Shown piece after piece: positions 8,873 to 18,208 of a stretch of 64,000 nt of DNA. Location of the stretch: positions 2,624,001 through 2,688,000 of the forward strand of contig OZ223209.1 in assembly GCA_965140415.1 (NCBI GenBank), in the 5' to 3' direction. Made by a program: the position numbers and the translations under genes. Positions within the stretch are counted from its first letter, which is position 1, and each line of letters begins with the position of its first letter. The notes under the pieces are model-generated. The model was not told the origin of the DNA. It was given only the letters and a program-made list of their open reading frames with translations, and made no database searches. This stretch comes from Myxococcota bacterium (GTDB taxonomy: Bacteria > Myxococcota_A > SURF-8).

Positions 8873-9799
8873 TTACTTGCCTCCCATCAAGAGATAGATC
8901 AACGCCATGCGGACCGCAACGCCGTTGGTGACCTGGTCCAGAATCACGGAGCGTTCGCCATCGGCCACATCCGGTGTCATTTCAACGCCGCGATTGATTG
9001 GTCCCGGATGCATGATGATGGCGTCCGGTTTGGCCAATGCGATGTTGTTGCGATTTAAACCGAAGGTCATGGCGTATTCCCGGTTGGAGGGGAACAGATG
9101 CTTGGGCATACGCTCTTTTTGAATGCGCAGCATCATCACAACATCCGCGCCCTCGATGGCTTCCTCCAGGCGGTGATGCACGGTGACATTCGGCCCCAGC
9201 CGTTCGATGTAGCGAGGCATCATGGTAAACGGTCCTGAAAGCCGTACATGAGCGCCAAGCTTGCTCAACCCGATGACATTGGAGTGCGCTACGCGACTGT
9301 GCGTGATGTCGCCGACGATGGCGACCTGAAGACCGTTGAAATCGGGCTTATGCTCTTGGATCGTCATCATGTCCAACAAAGCCTGGGTCGGATGCTCGTG
9401 GCCGCCATCCCCCGCATTGATGATGGGGCTTTGTGTGTGTCGCGCCAGCAACTGAGGCGCACCGGCTGAGCGATGGCGCATGATGATCAAGTCGATGTTC
9501 ATGGCTTCGATGTTGCGGGCGGTATCGATCAGGGTTTCGCCTTTAACGATGGAACTGCCGGTGGAGCCGATCGAGTAGGTGTCTGCCGACAGGCGCTTGG
9601 CCGCCATTTCAAATGATACCCGTGTTCGGGTGGACGGCTCGAAAAAGGCCATCACCGCCGTTTTGCCGCGCAGTGTGGGAACCTTTTTCACCGGGCGGGT
9701 TGAAATTTCCTTAAAACTTTTCGCCGTTTCCAGGATGAACTGAATGTCATCCGCGGATAGCGACTCCAAACCAATCAGATGTTTGTGCCTAAAGGCCAT
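8873..9799 (-). CDS. pyrB: Aspartate carbamoyltransferase catalytic subunit
   Basis: [48 protein letters not shown]. Confidence 0.97.
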   Translation of the reverse strand: MAFRHKHLIGLESLSADDIQFILETAKSFKEISTRPVKKVPTLRGKTAVMAFFEPSTRTRVSFEMAAKRLSADTYSIGSTGSSIVKGETLIDTARNIEAMNIDLIIMRHRSAGAPQLLARHTQSPIINAGDGGHEHPTQALLDMMTIQEHKPDFNGLQVAIVGDITHSRVAHSNVIGLSKLGAHVRLSGPFTMMPRYIERLGPNVTVHHRLEEAIEGADVVMMLRIQKERMPKHLFPSNREYAMTFGLNRNNIALAKPDAIIMHPGPINRGVEMTPDVADGERSVILDQVTNGVAVRMALIYLLMGGK

Positions 9800-9810
9800 C
9801 GGTGCTCTCC

Positions 9811-10356
9811 CTACTGTTCAATGGCGTAGATAACGACTCGATCCTTCTTGCCTTCTTCCTTCAACAGCACCTCGACACGTTCATCATCATGTGTCGGGAT
9901 GTGGCGACCGACAAAATCGGGCTGAATGGGAAATTCCCGCAGGCCGCGATCCACCAGCACTGCCAGTTGAATGTATTTGGGTCGCCCGAAATCGATGATG
10001 GCATCCATGGCTGCACGGATCGTGCGTCCGGTGAACAGGACGTCATCGACCAGCACGATACGTTTGTCGGTGATGTCCGTGTCGATTTCCGTGGTTCCGA
10101 CTTCCGGCTGGCTCATCGAGGAGATGTCGTCGCGATACAGGGTGATGTCGATGATGCCGAGTTCAGGCGCTTCGCCTTCCATTTCTTCCAGAATCGTGTG
10201 CAGGCGTCGTCCAAGGTGCATACCGCCGGTGCGAATGCCAACCAGTAACAGGTCTTTCACCCCTCCGTTTCGTTCCACGATCTCACTGGCCAGGCGAACG
10301 AGAGCGCGTTGGATCTCCTTGTCGCCCATGACTTGAAGTTTTTCTCTCAGGTTCAT
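9811..10356 (-). CDS. pyrR: Bifunctional pyrimidine operon regulator / uracil phosphoribosyltransferase
   Basis: [44 protein letters not shown]. Confidence 0.95.
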   Translation of the reverse strand: MNLREKLQVMGDKEIQRALVRLASEIVERNGGVKDLLLVGIRTGGMHLGRRLHTILEEMEGEAPELGIIDITLYRDDISSMSQPEVGTTEIDTDITDKRIVLVDDVLFTGRTIRAAMDAIIDFGRPKYIQLAVLVDRGLREFPIQPDFVGRHIPTHDDERVEVLLKEEGKKDRVVIYAIEQ

Positions 10357-10390
10357 GGCTCCTCCATCCGTAACATGACCGAAAATACAT

Positions 10391-10425
10391 AAAAAAAACC
10401 TCTCCCGCCTACACGAGAGAGGTTT
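10391..10425 (-). terminator. Leader terminator (probable attenuator) upstream of pyrR
   Basis: Minus strand AAACCTCTCTCG-TGTAGG-CGGGAGAGGTTT followed by further Ts, between promoter and pyrR start. Confidence 0.75.
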
Positions 10426-10526
10426 GTTCCTGTTTGCTTAACCCATCTAACGGGTCTTTTAATATCACCATTCCGCTACCGGTCCTTATCCGTCGAAAGG
10501 AAACGTTTCGTTGGATTCGGAACTGG

Positions 10527-10555
10527 GGTTTACCAGTAAGCTTGCTGCTTGTCAA
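10527..10555 (-). promoter_or_regulatory. sigma70 promoter of pyrRBC
   Basis: Minus strand TTGACA-N17-TAAACC with TG extension. Confidence 0.6.
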
Positions 10556-10762
10556 GCTGAAAAAGTAACTTCTTGCAAAGGATGCGATTTCAAGTCGTTT
10601 CTTAGCGGGTTACAAATGGATACCTGTGCTTCTATTAAAATAATGAAAAACCAAGCATCGCGATGAATCAAACGAAGAGCGACAAATGCGTGACCCGCAT
10701 ACAAAACTGTGCTAGGTTCCTGTCATCCTGTTTCCTGTAGGTGTTTTGATGGAGGTTGAGGC

Positions 10763-11482
10763 GTGTTAAGCGTATCGGAACAGATCGTGTTGGCTTCACG
10801 GGTTAGAATATCGAATATCTGGCTTTTTACGGACCCTTACGGCAGACGTGTCTTGGTGGATACCGGCCATGTTGTAGAACGCATGGCCTTGCTTGCGGAT
10901 TTGTGGCAGGCAGGTATACGCAAAAAAGGCGATCTGGATGCTGTCATCCTGACGCATCGGCACTGCGATCATGCAGGCAACGCCAACTGGCTTCGGAATC
11001 GATTCGATTGCCCGATATACTGCCATGAAAACGATGCCGCCTATCTGCGCAGGGAAAAGCAACCGGAACGGCTTCGTCGCGGTTTGGGGGCCTGGTACGA
11101 TGAACTGCTCTGCCGATTCGAAGATGTAGCGCCGATTCGTTGCGATGTGGATGGTGTTTTTAAGGCAGGACCGTGGCGCTTCGGACTGGAAGTGATCCCT
11201 GCATTCGGACATACGGAAGGTTCGGTCATGTTGTATCAGAAAGACCTGAAAGCCCTGTTTTCCGGGGATGTCCTTCTGGGTGGAATGCCTCCTCTATTTC
11301 TGCGTCCGTCGTTTTCTCTGGCTGTCGCTGCCTACAGTGTCGATGTCGAACAGGCGCATCGCCGGGTGGTCGATTATCTTCGCCAAGCGCCCGAGATTCA
11401 ACTGCTTTGTTCCGGTCATGGTAAACCTGTTTCGGAAAACCTGGCCTCCAGGTTGAATCGAATCGTGGAAACTGCGGCATGA
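10763..11482 (+). CDS. MBL-fold metallo-hydrolase
   Basis: LVDTG, THRHCDHAG (HxHxDH), GHTEGS, FSGD, SGHG; GTG start after GGAGG. Confidence 0.9.
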   Translation: MLSVSEQIVLASRVRISNIWLFTDPYGRRVLVDTGHVVERMALLADLWQAGIRKKGDLDAVILTHRHCDHAGNANWLRNRFDCPIYCHENDAAYLRREKQPERLRRGLGAWYDELLCRFEDVAPIRCDVDGVFKAGPWRFGLEVIPAFGHTEGSVMLYQKDLKALFSGDVLLGGMPPLFLRPSFSLAVAAYSVDVEQAHRRVVDYLRQAPEIQLLCSGHGKPVSENLASRLNRIVETAA

Positions 11483-13821
11483 TGAGAATTCTTGGTCACA
11501 AATCTGCTCAGATCGCGTTTATTGCTGCGATCTTATGGATTGTCATAATCGCCGCGCTTCCCGCTTCTGCCGAGCAACTCGATTTGCAACCCTTGGGTGT
11601 GGACCCCTGGATGAGCGGTCCCGAATCGTTGACCAATGGTCAATTCATGTTGCAGTCTCCCAATCCGGTGGATGAATGCCGGGAGCCGGTGCCGTTGTGG
11701 GTGGTGGATCTGGGGGTTACGATCCCCGATGAACAAGGCAATCTGTCCATGATTGTCGGTGGGGATACCTTTTATTTGTCCGGACGCAACGAGATGCAAT
11801 GCCGGGCGTCTGGAGGAACCAAGCTGGCATGGTGCCGGGGTGTAAAACTCCCTGCGTTGGAAGATGCTTATTTCGAACAGTCCTGCACGATCGATGAGGA
11901 TTGCCCGCCTCCGGCCAATGGCTTGGCTTATCGTTGCTGGCAGCCACAGCAGTGGTGTGTTACGGAAGAGGTCTACAATTTCTGTACGCATTTGTTCGAT
12001 CCAAAGCTGATTCCGGATGTCGTGAAGTTCTGCATCAAAATGCGAGGCCGTCACGAAATTCCGGGGCAGGCTCCACTTTACGACGAAACGTTTTGCGATT
12101 GGATTCAGGGCGATTTGCGCTGCATGACGGAATTATACGACGACACTTGCAGCAAGGAATGCATGTTGCATGGCGGATTGCCTGAATGCGACGATCCCTG
12201 CACGGTGGAATGTATCCAGGCCTGCAATCGAAAAGGCACCTGCGATCATCGCAACAATACCTTTTACGATGCAAGCATCGAAGCGGACGGGCAGGGGGGC
12301 TACGTCGTAAAACTGCTGAAGGATCACCCTGAACTCATTATGAAGCGCGACTGGGAAGAGGGGCGCGGTGTGGCGTTGTTCGGTGTGTATCCCTACGATT
12401 ATTTCCGGGATCGAACCGGCGCGCTCTACATTTTCAGTGATACGCGCGTGTGGCTGAGTTGGTCGGTTCCCAAGGAAATTCGCCGTTCCGGGGTCGGGAT
12501 CTACTCGTTAACGGAAAACCGGCGTTTTGTATTTGAGGGCTATTCGCAAAAGCGTCCGCTTACTGCTGCCTGGAAGGGTGAACCCGTGCCGCCGGAGGTG
12601 CTCCCCCAGGTTCAGGGTGACAGTGACTATATCGCCTGGCAGCGCGCCTCTCAGTTTTCCGAAATTGCAGTCGTGCGTGATCTGCGGCGCTCTCCGTATC
12701 AGCCAGATAATTCGGAAACCTATATCCATGTGCTGGGAGCCGGGGTTTCCTGTGCTCCAGAGGATGTGCTGTGTCTGCGCTCGATCCATTCCGGTTTGGC
12801 GTATCTTTCCCGTATTCCAGACGATCCGAAGAGTATCGCCGACCCGATGACCTGGGAATACTACGGTGGCATGGTAAATGATCGCCCTGTCTGGCATCCT
12901 GCTTCTGCAACACCGCATGGACAGGAATTGTCGAAGCCGCTGTTCGGCCTGTCCGCGTTTTTCCCCTCCAGCGTCATGAAATACAAGCAGGAGTATTTGC
13001 ATATTGCCGTGCTGGCCAGCAGTGCGGAGGGTCCGAACGATGCGTTGCAGCTTCTAAGAAGTCCCGACGGTATTCACTGGTTCGACGGTGGTTGGTACCC
13101 ATTGGTGGAAAAAGAAAAACCGCAACGAACGAAATTTGCCTACTGTCCGCGCTGGTTGCAGAAAAACGAGCTTCCCAATGGAAATCTCGGGATCTTGATC
13201 AGTCATTGGTTGAGCTACGAAGGCTACCTGCGTGCTGCGGAGGAGTCGAAACGATTCCGCGATTACAACATGCGCAGCTTTCAGTTGCCACCGCCACAAA
13301 GCCGCGCGTTTCTGGTTCATAGCGATAGCTATACACCAACGAAAACAGGCGTGCTGGATCTACCAATTCACGTCTATCAACCCAAGGACAAGCGCCGCTA
13401 TCACGTCGCCATGCAATACTGTAGCTGCACCGAGGCGCAAGTAAAACAGGGGACTTGCCGAACGGGTTGCGCTCCATGGCAGCCGTTTTCTGCAAAGAAG
13501 CAAGATTCTTCCAAGTGGAAATGGGCTGAAAAGCTGAATGCTTCTAAACGAGTGTCCGCGCTGGATGGCGTTGCTACCGTAACGGTCCCTGCGCCAAAGC
13601 AGTGGAGAACATCACTGAAGTTAACATGGAATTGGAAGAAAGAAGGCGTCTCTGCCGCAGCGGTCGTATTGCGCTTCGGGTTAGTCGATATCGATCAGCC
13701 CCTGCCTTTTAAGCAGATGACACAGGCGTTGCGTGTCTTACCGGAGGTCTTTGAAAGAGACTGGACGTTGTGGCAGAAACCGTTGGGCTTTCATGCTAGC
13801 GATCCAATCCCACTACGGTAA
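11479..13821 (+). CDS. Secreted Cys-rich protein with a DUF4185/GH183-like beta-propeller
   Basis: Sec signal ending ASA; VDLGV...GGDTF and YLSRIP...DPMTWEYY motifs; Cys-rich inserts; ATGA overlap with MBL gene. Confidence 0.6.
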   Translation: MMRILGHKSAQIAFIAAILWIVIIAALPASAEQLDLQPLGVDPWMSGPESLTNGQFMLQSPNPVDECREPVPLWVVDLGVTIPDEQGNLSMIVGGDTFYLSGRNEMQCRASGGTKLAWCRGVKLPALEDAYFEQSCTIDEDCPPPANGLAYRCWQPQQWCVTEEVYNFCTHLFDPKLIPDVVKFCIKMRGRHEIPGQAPLYDETFCDWIQGDLRCMTELYDDTCSKECMLHGGLPECDDPCTVECIQACNRKGTCDHRNNTFYDASIEADGQGGYVVKLLKDHPELIMKRDWEEGRGVALFGVYPYDYFRDRTGALYIFSDTRVWLSWSVPKEIRRSGVGIYSLTENRRFVFEGYSQKRPLTAAWKGEPVPPEVLPQVQGDSDYIAWQRASQFSEIAVVRDLRRSPYQPDNSETYIHVLGAGVSCAPEDVLCLRSIHSGLAYLSRIPDDPKSIADPMTWEYYGGMVNDRPVWHPASATPHGQELSKPLFGLSAFFPSSVMKYKQEYLHIAVLASSAEGPNDALQLLRSPDGIHWFDGGWYPLVEKEKPQRTKFAYCPRWLQKNELPNGNLGILISHWLSYEGYLRAAEESKRFRDYNMRSFQLPPPQSRAFLVHSDSYTPTKTGVLDLPIHVYQPKDKRRYHVAMQYCSCTEAQVKQGTCRTGCAPWQPFSAKKQDSSKWKWAEKLNASKRVSALDGVATVTVPAPKQWRTSLKLTWNWKKEGVSAAAVVLRFGLVDIDQPLPFKQMTQALRVLPEVFERDWTLWQKPLGFHASDPIPLR

Positions 13822-13850
13822 AAAAAACCGTAGAAGGATGGAAAGAGAAA

Positions 13851-14420
13851 TTACATCCCTTTCAGGATGTACCACTTGTTATCGCTTCCCAATTCTAAAA
13901 TCATCTCGTTATCATCGCTTTTGGAATGCCAGACTTCTTCGTCGAAATTGTCGCTTTCGCCAGTCTGTTCCATTTGATCGTCGGCCCCTTCCGGCAAGTC
14001 GTATTTCGTCGGAGGCAGCTTGAAATCACTGGTGTAATGGTAATGCACCGTAACGGAATTACGCTGCTCGTTGAATTCCAGGCTGCGATAGATGATTTTC
14101 ATCCGTAGCGCCGTTACCGTGCGAAATTCAGACGAGCGGAGAAAGCGAACCAGTCCCGCGTAATCGTAATTGTTCGCGCTGTTGGCGTCGCCATTCTTCT
14201 CGAAATAGCTTTTTGAAGCCAGGGCGATCAGCATATCGGCATCGCGGTTTTCCATGGCCTTGCGATATGTTTCCACGGTGCGAATGACCTCACGCGCGTC
14301 GTCGGTGTCTTCGATTTTCGTTCCTTCAATGTAACGATCCGTGCAGGCCAACAGGCCGAACAGGGAAAGAAGCAGCAGGCACGTCGAAATGGCATGCAAG
14401 GGGCGTTGTTGCGAATACAT
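13851..14420 (-). CDS. Lipoprotein, probable NTF2/SnoaL-like fold, last gene of the gsp operon
   Basis: Lipobox LLA-C; ETYRKAMENRDADMLIALAS helix; ends KWYILKGM; 20 bp after gspN with GGAGG RBS. Confidence 0.7.
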   Translation of the reverse strand: MYSQQRPLHAISTCLLLLSLFGLLACTDRYIEGTKIEDTDDAREVIRTVETYRKAMENRDADMLIALASKSYFEKNGDANSANNYDYAGLVRFLRSSEFRTVTALRMKIIYRSLEFNEQRNSVTVHYHYTSDFKLPPTKYDLPEGADDQMEQTGESDNFDEEVWHSKSDDNEMILELGSDNKWYILKGM

Positions 14421-14440
14421 AATTCTTCCTCCACCAGATA

Positions 14441-15853
14441 TCAGTTTTCCGTTGTATTTTCTTCGCCGGATTCTTCAGACGGTTCTTTTTGCTCGTCGTC
14501 TTCTTCGGCAGCAGTGTCTTCTTCGACCTCTTCCTCGTCCTCTTCTACTTCTTCGTCCTCTTCTTCTTCCTCATCTTCGGTTTCGTCCTCTTCTACTTCT
14601 TCATCGTCTTCTTCCAGCTCTTCCGCTTCTTGAGTGTCTTGCAAGTTGTTTTTACGATCTGCGGATCTCGTGGTGCGCGGGTAGTTACTGCGGCGGCTAC
14701 TGGCAGAAGAGGGCTTCGCTTTAGAGGAACGAGTCGTTTTGCCTGGGCTCTTGGGGGAAACCGCTTTATTAGAGGAAGTCCCCTTCCGTGCGCGGGAAGA
14801 GGCTGATTTGGCCGCTTTGCTACGGCTGGAGCGTTTGGATGTCTTCTTGGCCTTAGGTTTGGATCTACGCTTACTACGAGTTTTCGATTTTACACCCTTC
14901 GCCTTATTGTCTCTATTCTCGAATTTAACTTGAGACGCTTTGCCGTTGACCGGGCGCGGATGACCCAGGGTGCCGCGGATCGTCTGGTAGTAGTACTCAT
15001 CCGAGCCTTTGCTTTTATCCAGTTGGCTCAACGCCGTTTTGGCCAACGGGTCTTGTTCGAGCGTGTTTTTAAGACCATCCTGAATTTTGAAGCGATAATC
15101 GAGATTCAAACGTGAATTCCCGATATTTTTGTTAAGTGAAATGTTTCCCATCATGTCCGACAGGATGTCGCCCTCACGCTGCTCGAAGGTTGTAACTTCG
15201 AGTTTGCCTTTTTCGATGGTGAAGCGGGAGGTCAGCTTGCCCAATCGGATGCCGGGAACATCGATTCCATAGCGTCCGGGTCCAACGACCGCGTTATCTA
15301 TATCCAAAGTCAGATAGCCGGATGAATCCGCGATTTTATTGAAATGCAGATCCATTTCCGAGCGCAGATTGGCTTTGCCTTTGAAAGGCAGTTCTTTGTA
15401 CTGTTGTTTCAAGAAACCGATCTTGTCAAACGCCAACTCATCTGCGGTGAGGTCAATGACATAACGATTGGCAGCTTGATCGATCTGAAAATCGCCCGAG
15501 ATCTCACCTCCAAAAACTTCTGCATCCAGTGCTACGTTCAAGTTTCCGGTTACTAATGCAAACAATCCTACATTGATTTCCAGTGAAGCGAGGTTCAATG
15601 GAAGAAAGCCAGATGACGTTTCTTCCGTTTTTGGGAAAAAGGTGATGTTGGAGGCCTTGACTCCCAGCGGCAAGCTGGAACTGAGCAAGTCCATCTCCAC
15701 ACGAATGTCGTAGTTGTCTTCCAGCTGCTTGCTGATTTTTCCTTTCAATTGGTTGAAAGGAAAGGTCCAAACCAGCGAAAGCATCAGACACACCATGGCA
15801 AAGGCGGGATAGCCGATCCATTTGATGATTTTGGTTTTCTTTTCGCTTAACAT
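14441..15853 (-). CDS. gspN: Type II secretion protein GspN with basic and acidic low-complexity tail
   Basis: N-terminal TM plus WTFP motif, AsmA-like beta repeats, IRGTLGHP; position after gspM. Confidence 0.8.
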   Translation of the reverse strand: MLSEKKTKIIKWIGYPAFAMVCLMLSLVWTFPFNQLKGKISKQLEDNYDIRVEMDLLSSSLPLGVKASNITFFPKTEETSSGFLPLNLASLEINVGLFALVTGNLNVALDAEVFGGEISGDFQIDQAANRYVIDLTADELAFDKIGFLKQQYKELPFKGKANLRSEMDLHFNKIADSSGYLTLDIDNAVVGPGRYGIDVPGIRLGKLTSRFTIEKGKLEVTTFEQREGDILSDMMGNISLNKNIGNSRLNLDYRFKIQDGLKNTLEQDPLAKTALSQLDKSKGSDEYYYQTIRGTLGHPRPVNGKASQVKFENRDNKAKGVKSKTRSKRRSKPKAKKTSKRSSRSKAAKSASSRARKGTSSNKAVSPKSPGKTTRSSKAKPSSASSRRSNYPRTTRSADRKNNLQDTQEAEELEEDDEEVEEDETEDEEEEEDEEVEEDEEEVEEDTAAEEDDEQKEPSEESGEENTTEN

Positions 15854-15874
15854 AAGCCCTCCTATCCTCGACCG

Positions 15875-16441
15875 CTAGTCTTCGTCCAACGGCACGAGTG
15901 TGCTTACTAGGAAGGAAACATCGATCTGAGCCTTGTTATCATAACGCCGGCGCATATTGACACTGCGGATGAAAAACAATTTGTTTCGTTCTTCGATCGT
16001 TTCCAGAAATCTTAAAAGCGGTTCCAACTCGACACGTTGCAATTCCACTTTGACCGACTCTTCGCGGATTTTAGCTTTTTTGTCGACGGCGCCTTTCGTA
16101 CTGGTTACCTGGTAGATCTCAACGCCATTGTCGGCGGCAATCGTTCCGATATTCTGTGTGAGGTTGCCACGGTTTCCGTCGATTTCACTTTTGGTCTTCT
16201 TAAGCGTTTCCTTGGCCTGTTGATACCTGGTCTCCAAAGAGGCGATTCTTACATAGGAATCGCGCTTCGTTTCCAGGCGATCTTCCAACTTGGTCAGAGA
16301 CATATTTACACCGAAACCGACCATCATGGCCGCAAAGGAAAGTACGGCCCCGACCATGACCATGACCAGCACTTTCTCACGCGGCGACAGCCGTTCGAAC
16401 ACCATTTGGAGTTCGTAGAATTTCTGTTTTATCTGATCCAC
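15875..16441 (-). CDS. gspM: Type II secretion protein GspM
   Basis: GTG start at 16441 after GGAGG; LSPREK followed by TM, coiled coil and ferredoxin-like C-terminus. Confidence 0.82.
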   Translation of the reverse strand: MDQIKQKFYELQMVFERLSPREKVLVMVMVGAVLSFAAMMVGFGVNMSLTKLEDRLETKRDSYVRIASLETRYQQAKETLKKTKSEIDGNRGNLTQNIGTIAADNGVEIYQVTSTKGAVDKKAKIREESVKVELQRVELEPLLRFLETIEERNKLFFIRSVNMRRRYDNKAQIDVSFLVSTLVPLDED

Positions 16442-16457
16442 ACCAACCTCCAAATAA

Positions 16458-18197
16458 CTATGGCTTGCGCGTGGCACAGTCCACGTTGATACTTAGGCTG
16501 AATTGAATGCCGTCGCCTTTGACCGTACTGCGTGTCGGTCCCTGGCTGACATTGCTGAAGCAATCATATTTCTTCAAATTCTCCACGATCATGCCTACCG
16601 TTGGAATGGCATCCACCGTGCCTTTGAGTTTGATTTTCTTGCCACTGATTTCCAGATCTTCAACATCCACCGTGACGCCTTCGCCGGTCATGCGCGAGAT
16701 CAACTCATCGTAAATTGCAAGAACGCTGATTTCCGGACGCAACTTGGAGCCGCCCGATCCCTGCTGGCTGATGACTTCCATCATTTGCGACATGCAGATC
16801 TTGGCGTCGCTCACATTTTGACCGATGATTTTGTTGCAGGTCGAGGCGATAGCCTCGCTCATGCGTTCATCTTCGGTGCCGAGAACGTGGAATTGCGACC
16901 AGATGCTGAAAAAGAAGAAAACAAAGATGATCGCAACATTTAGTCCCAGATGCGTCAAACGGCCTTTCCAGTATTCGAAATCGCCTTTAAATGCGAAATC
17001 ACCCTTGCGGAAGTTCAGTCGTTTTAGGCGCATGCCGGAAATGCCAGTAAAGGCCATGCCCATACCGGAGGCCATCTCGGCTTCGACGTCTTCGGAGTCG
17101 CTGAGGCGATTGAAGTCGTCGCGCAGGTAGTGGAAGGGATGCGTTGGCGTATCGAGACGCTCCTGCAAGAATGAGGACAGGTTGTGAAGTTTACTGCCTC
17201 CACCGCAAATGTATACTTCCTCTACAGCCATTTTGTTGCGGGCGATATTTGCCTGGAATGTAAGTTTGATCTGTAATAAAAGTGGAGCCAGACTTTTTTC
17301 CAGCATTTCAGCCAGTTCCTGCTGGCCTTCGCTGAGCGCGCCGAGTTCGCTGGAACGTACGATGCCTTCAATGTGTTTGGTTCGTTCCGCGCGCGAAAAC
17401 TCAAGATCCTTTTTATCTGCGATGGTCTGAGTCAGATCCTGTCCGCCGATTGGAATCGAGCGGATCATCGTGACTACGCCATCTTGCAGGATCGTGATTG
17501 TGGTTTTACGATGTCCGATGTCGATGATGGCGCGTGCACCGATGCGTTGTTCCTCGCTGGCCAGAGTTTGAAACAGATTTGCAAGCGCCAGACCGTCGGT
17601 GATAACGCCTTTGGGCTCTTTGCCGCTGTCGGTGAAATCGCTTAAGTAGTCCCGCATATGGTGGCGATCCAGCACGCCGACCAGTAGCTTGGTCTTTTCA
17701 GGCAAAATCTCCAGAACCTGGTAATCCACCACTTTGTCATCCAGCGAGAAGGGCAGGTCGTCTTCGATGGTGAATGTCAGGGTGCGGTCGATGGCGCGAA
17801 CATCCGTGAGTTTCGTTTCCATAATTTTAGTGGAAATGGTGTCGCCGTCCAGCGAGGTAAACACCGCATCCCAATCGGAGCCGTAGCGGGAAATGAACTG
17901 TTGAATGGCATAGCGTCGACGTTCCCGCTTCGGATCGAAGATGTTTCGATTTTCCTGCTCCTGGCTTTCTTCTTCGGCTGATGCCTCTTCTTCATCTGAA
18001 GATGCTTCTTGTTCGTCAGTTTCCGGCTCTACCGGTGCTTCGACCGTGCTCTCGATCATTGCCTCGGTTTCCACGTACTCCGAGCCGATGCTCATTTCGT
18101 GAAAACCGATCAGTTCCCAGCCGCGATAGGTGCTTTCAAGCACGACTGCCTTGATCGAGTAATTGCCGACATCCAGTCCGACGATTTTTTGTGCCAT
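16458..18197 (-). CDS. gspL: Type II secretion protein GspL (PilM/PilN-like)
   Basis: VGLDVGNYSIK, IDIGHRKT, PIGGQDLT, ICGGGSKL, LNFRKGDFAF followed by TM. Confidence 0.88.
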   Translation of the reverse strand: MAQKIVGLDVGNYSIKAVVLESTYRGWELIGFHEMSIGSEYVETEAMIESTVEAPVEPETDEQEASSDEEEASAEEESQEQENRNIFDPKRERRRYAIQQFISRYGSDWDAVFTSLDGDTISTKIMETKLTDVRAIDRTLTFTIEDDLPFSLDDKVVDYQVLEILPEKTKLLVGVLDRHHMRDYLSDFTDSGKEPKGVITDGLALANLFQTLASEEQRIGARAIIDIGHRKTTITILQDGVVTMIRSIPIGGQDLTQTIADKKDLEFSRAERTKHIEGIVRSSELGALSEGQQELAEMLEKSLAPLLLQIKLTFQANIARNKMAVEEVYICGGGSKLHNLSSFLQERLDTPTHPFHYLRDDFNRLSDSEDVEAEMASGMGMAFTGISGMRLKRLNFRKGDFAFKGDFEYWKGRLTHLGLNVAIIFVFFFFSIWSQFHVLGTEDERMSEAIASTCNKIIGQNVSDAKICMSQMMEVISQQGSGGSKLRPEISVLAIYDELISRMTGEGVTVDVEDLEISGKKIKLKGTVDAIPTVGMIVENLKKYDCFSNVSQGPTRSTVKGDGIQFSLSINVDCATRKP

Positions 18198-18208
18198 CGT
18201 CCGTAATC

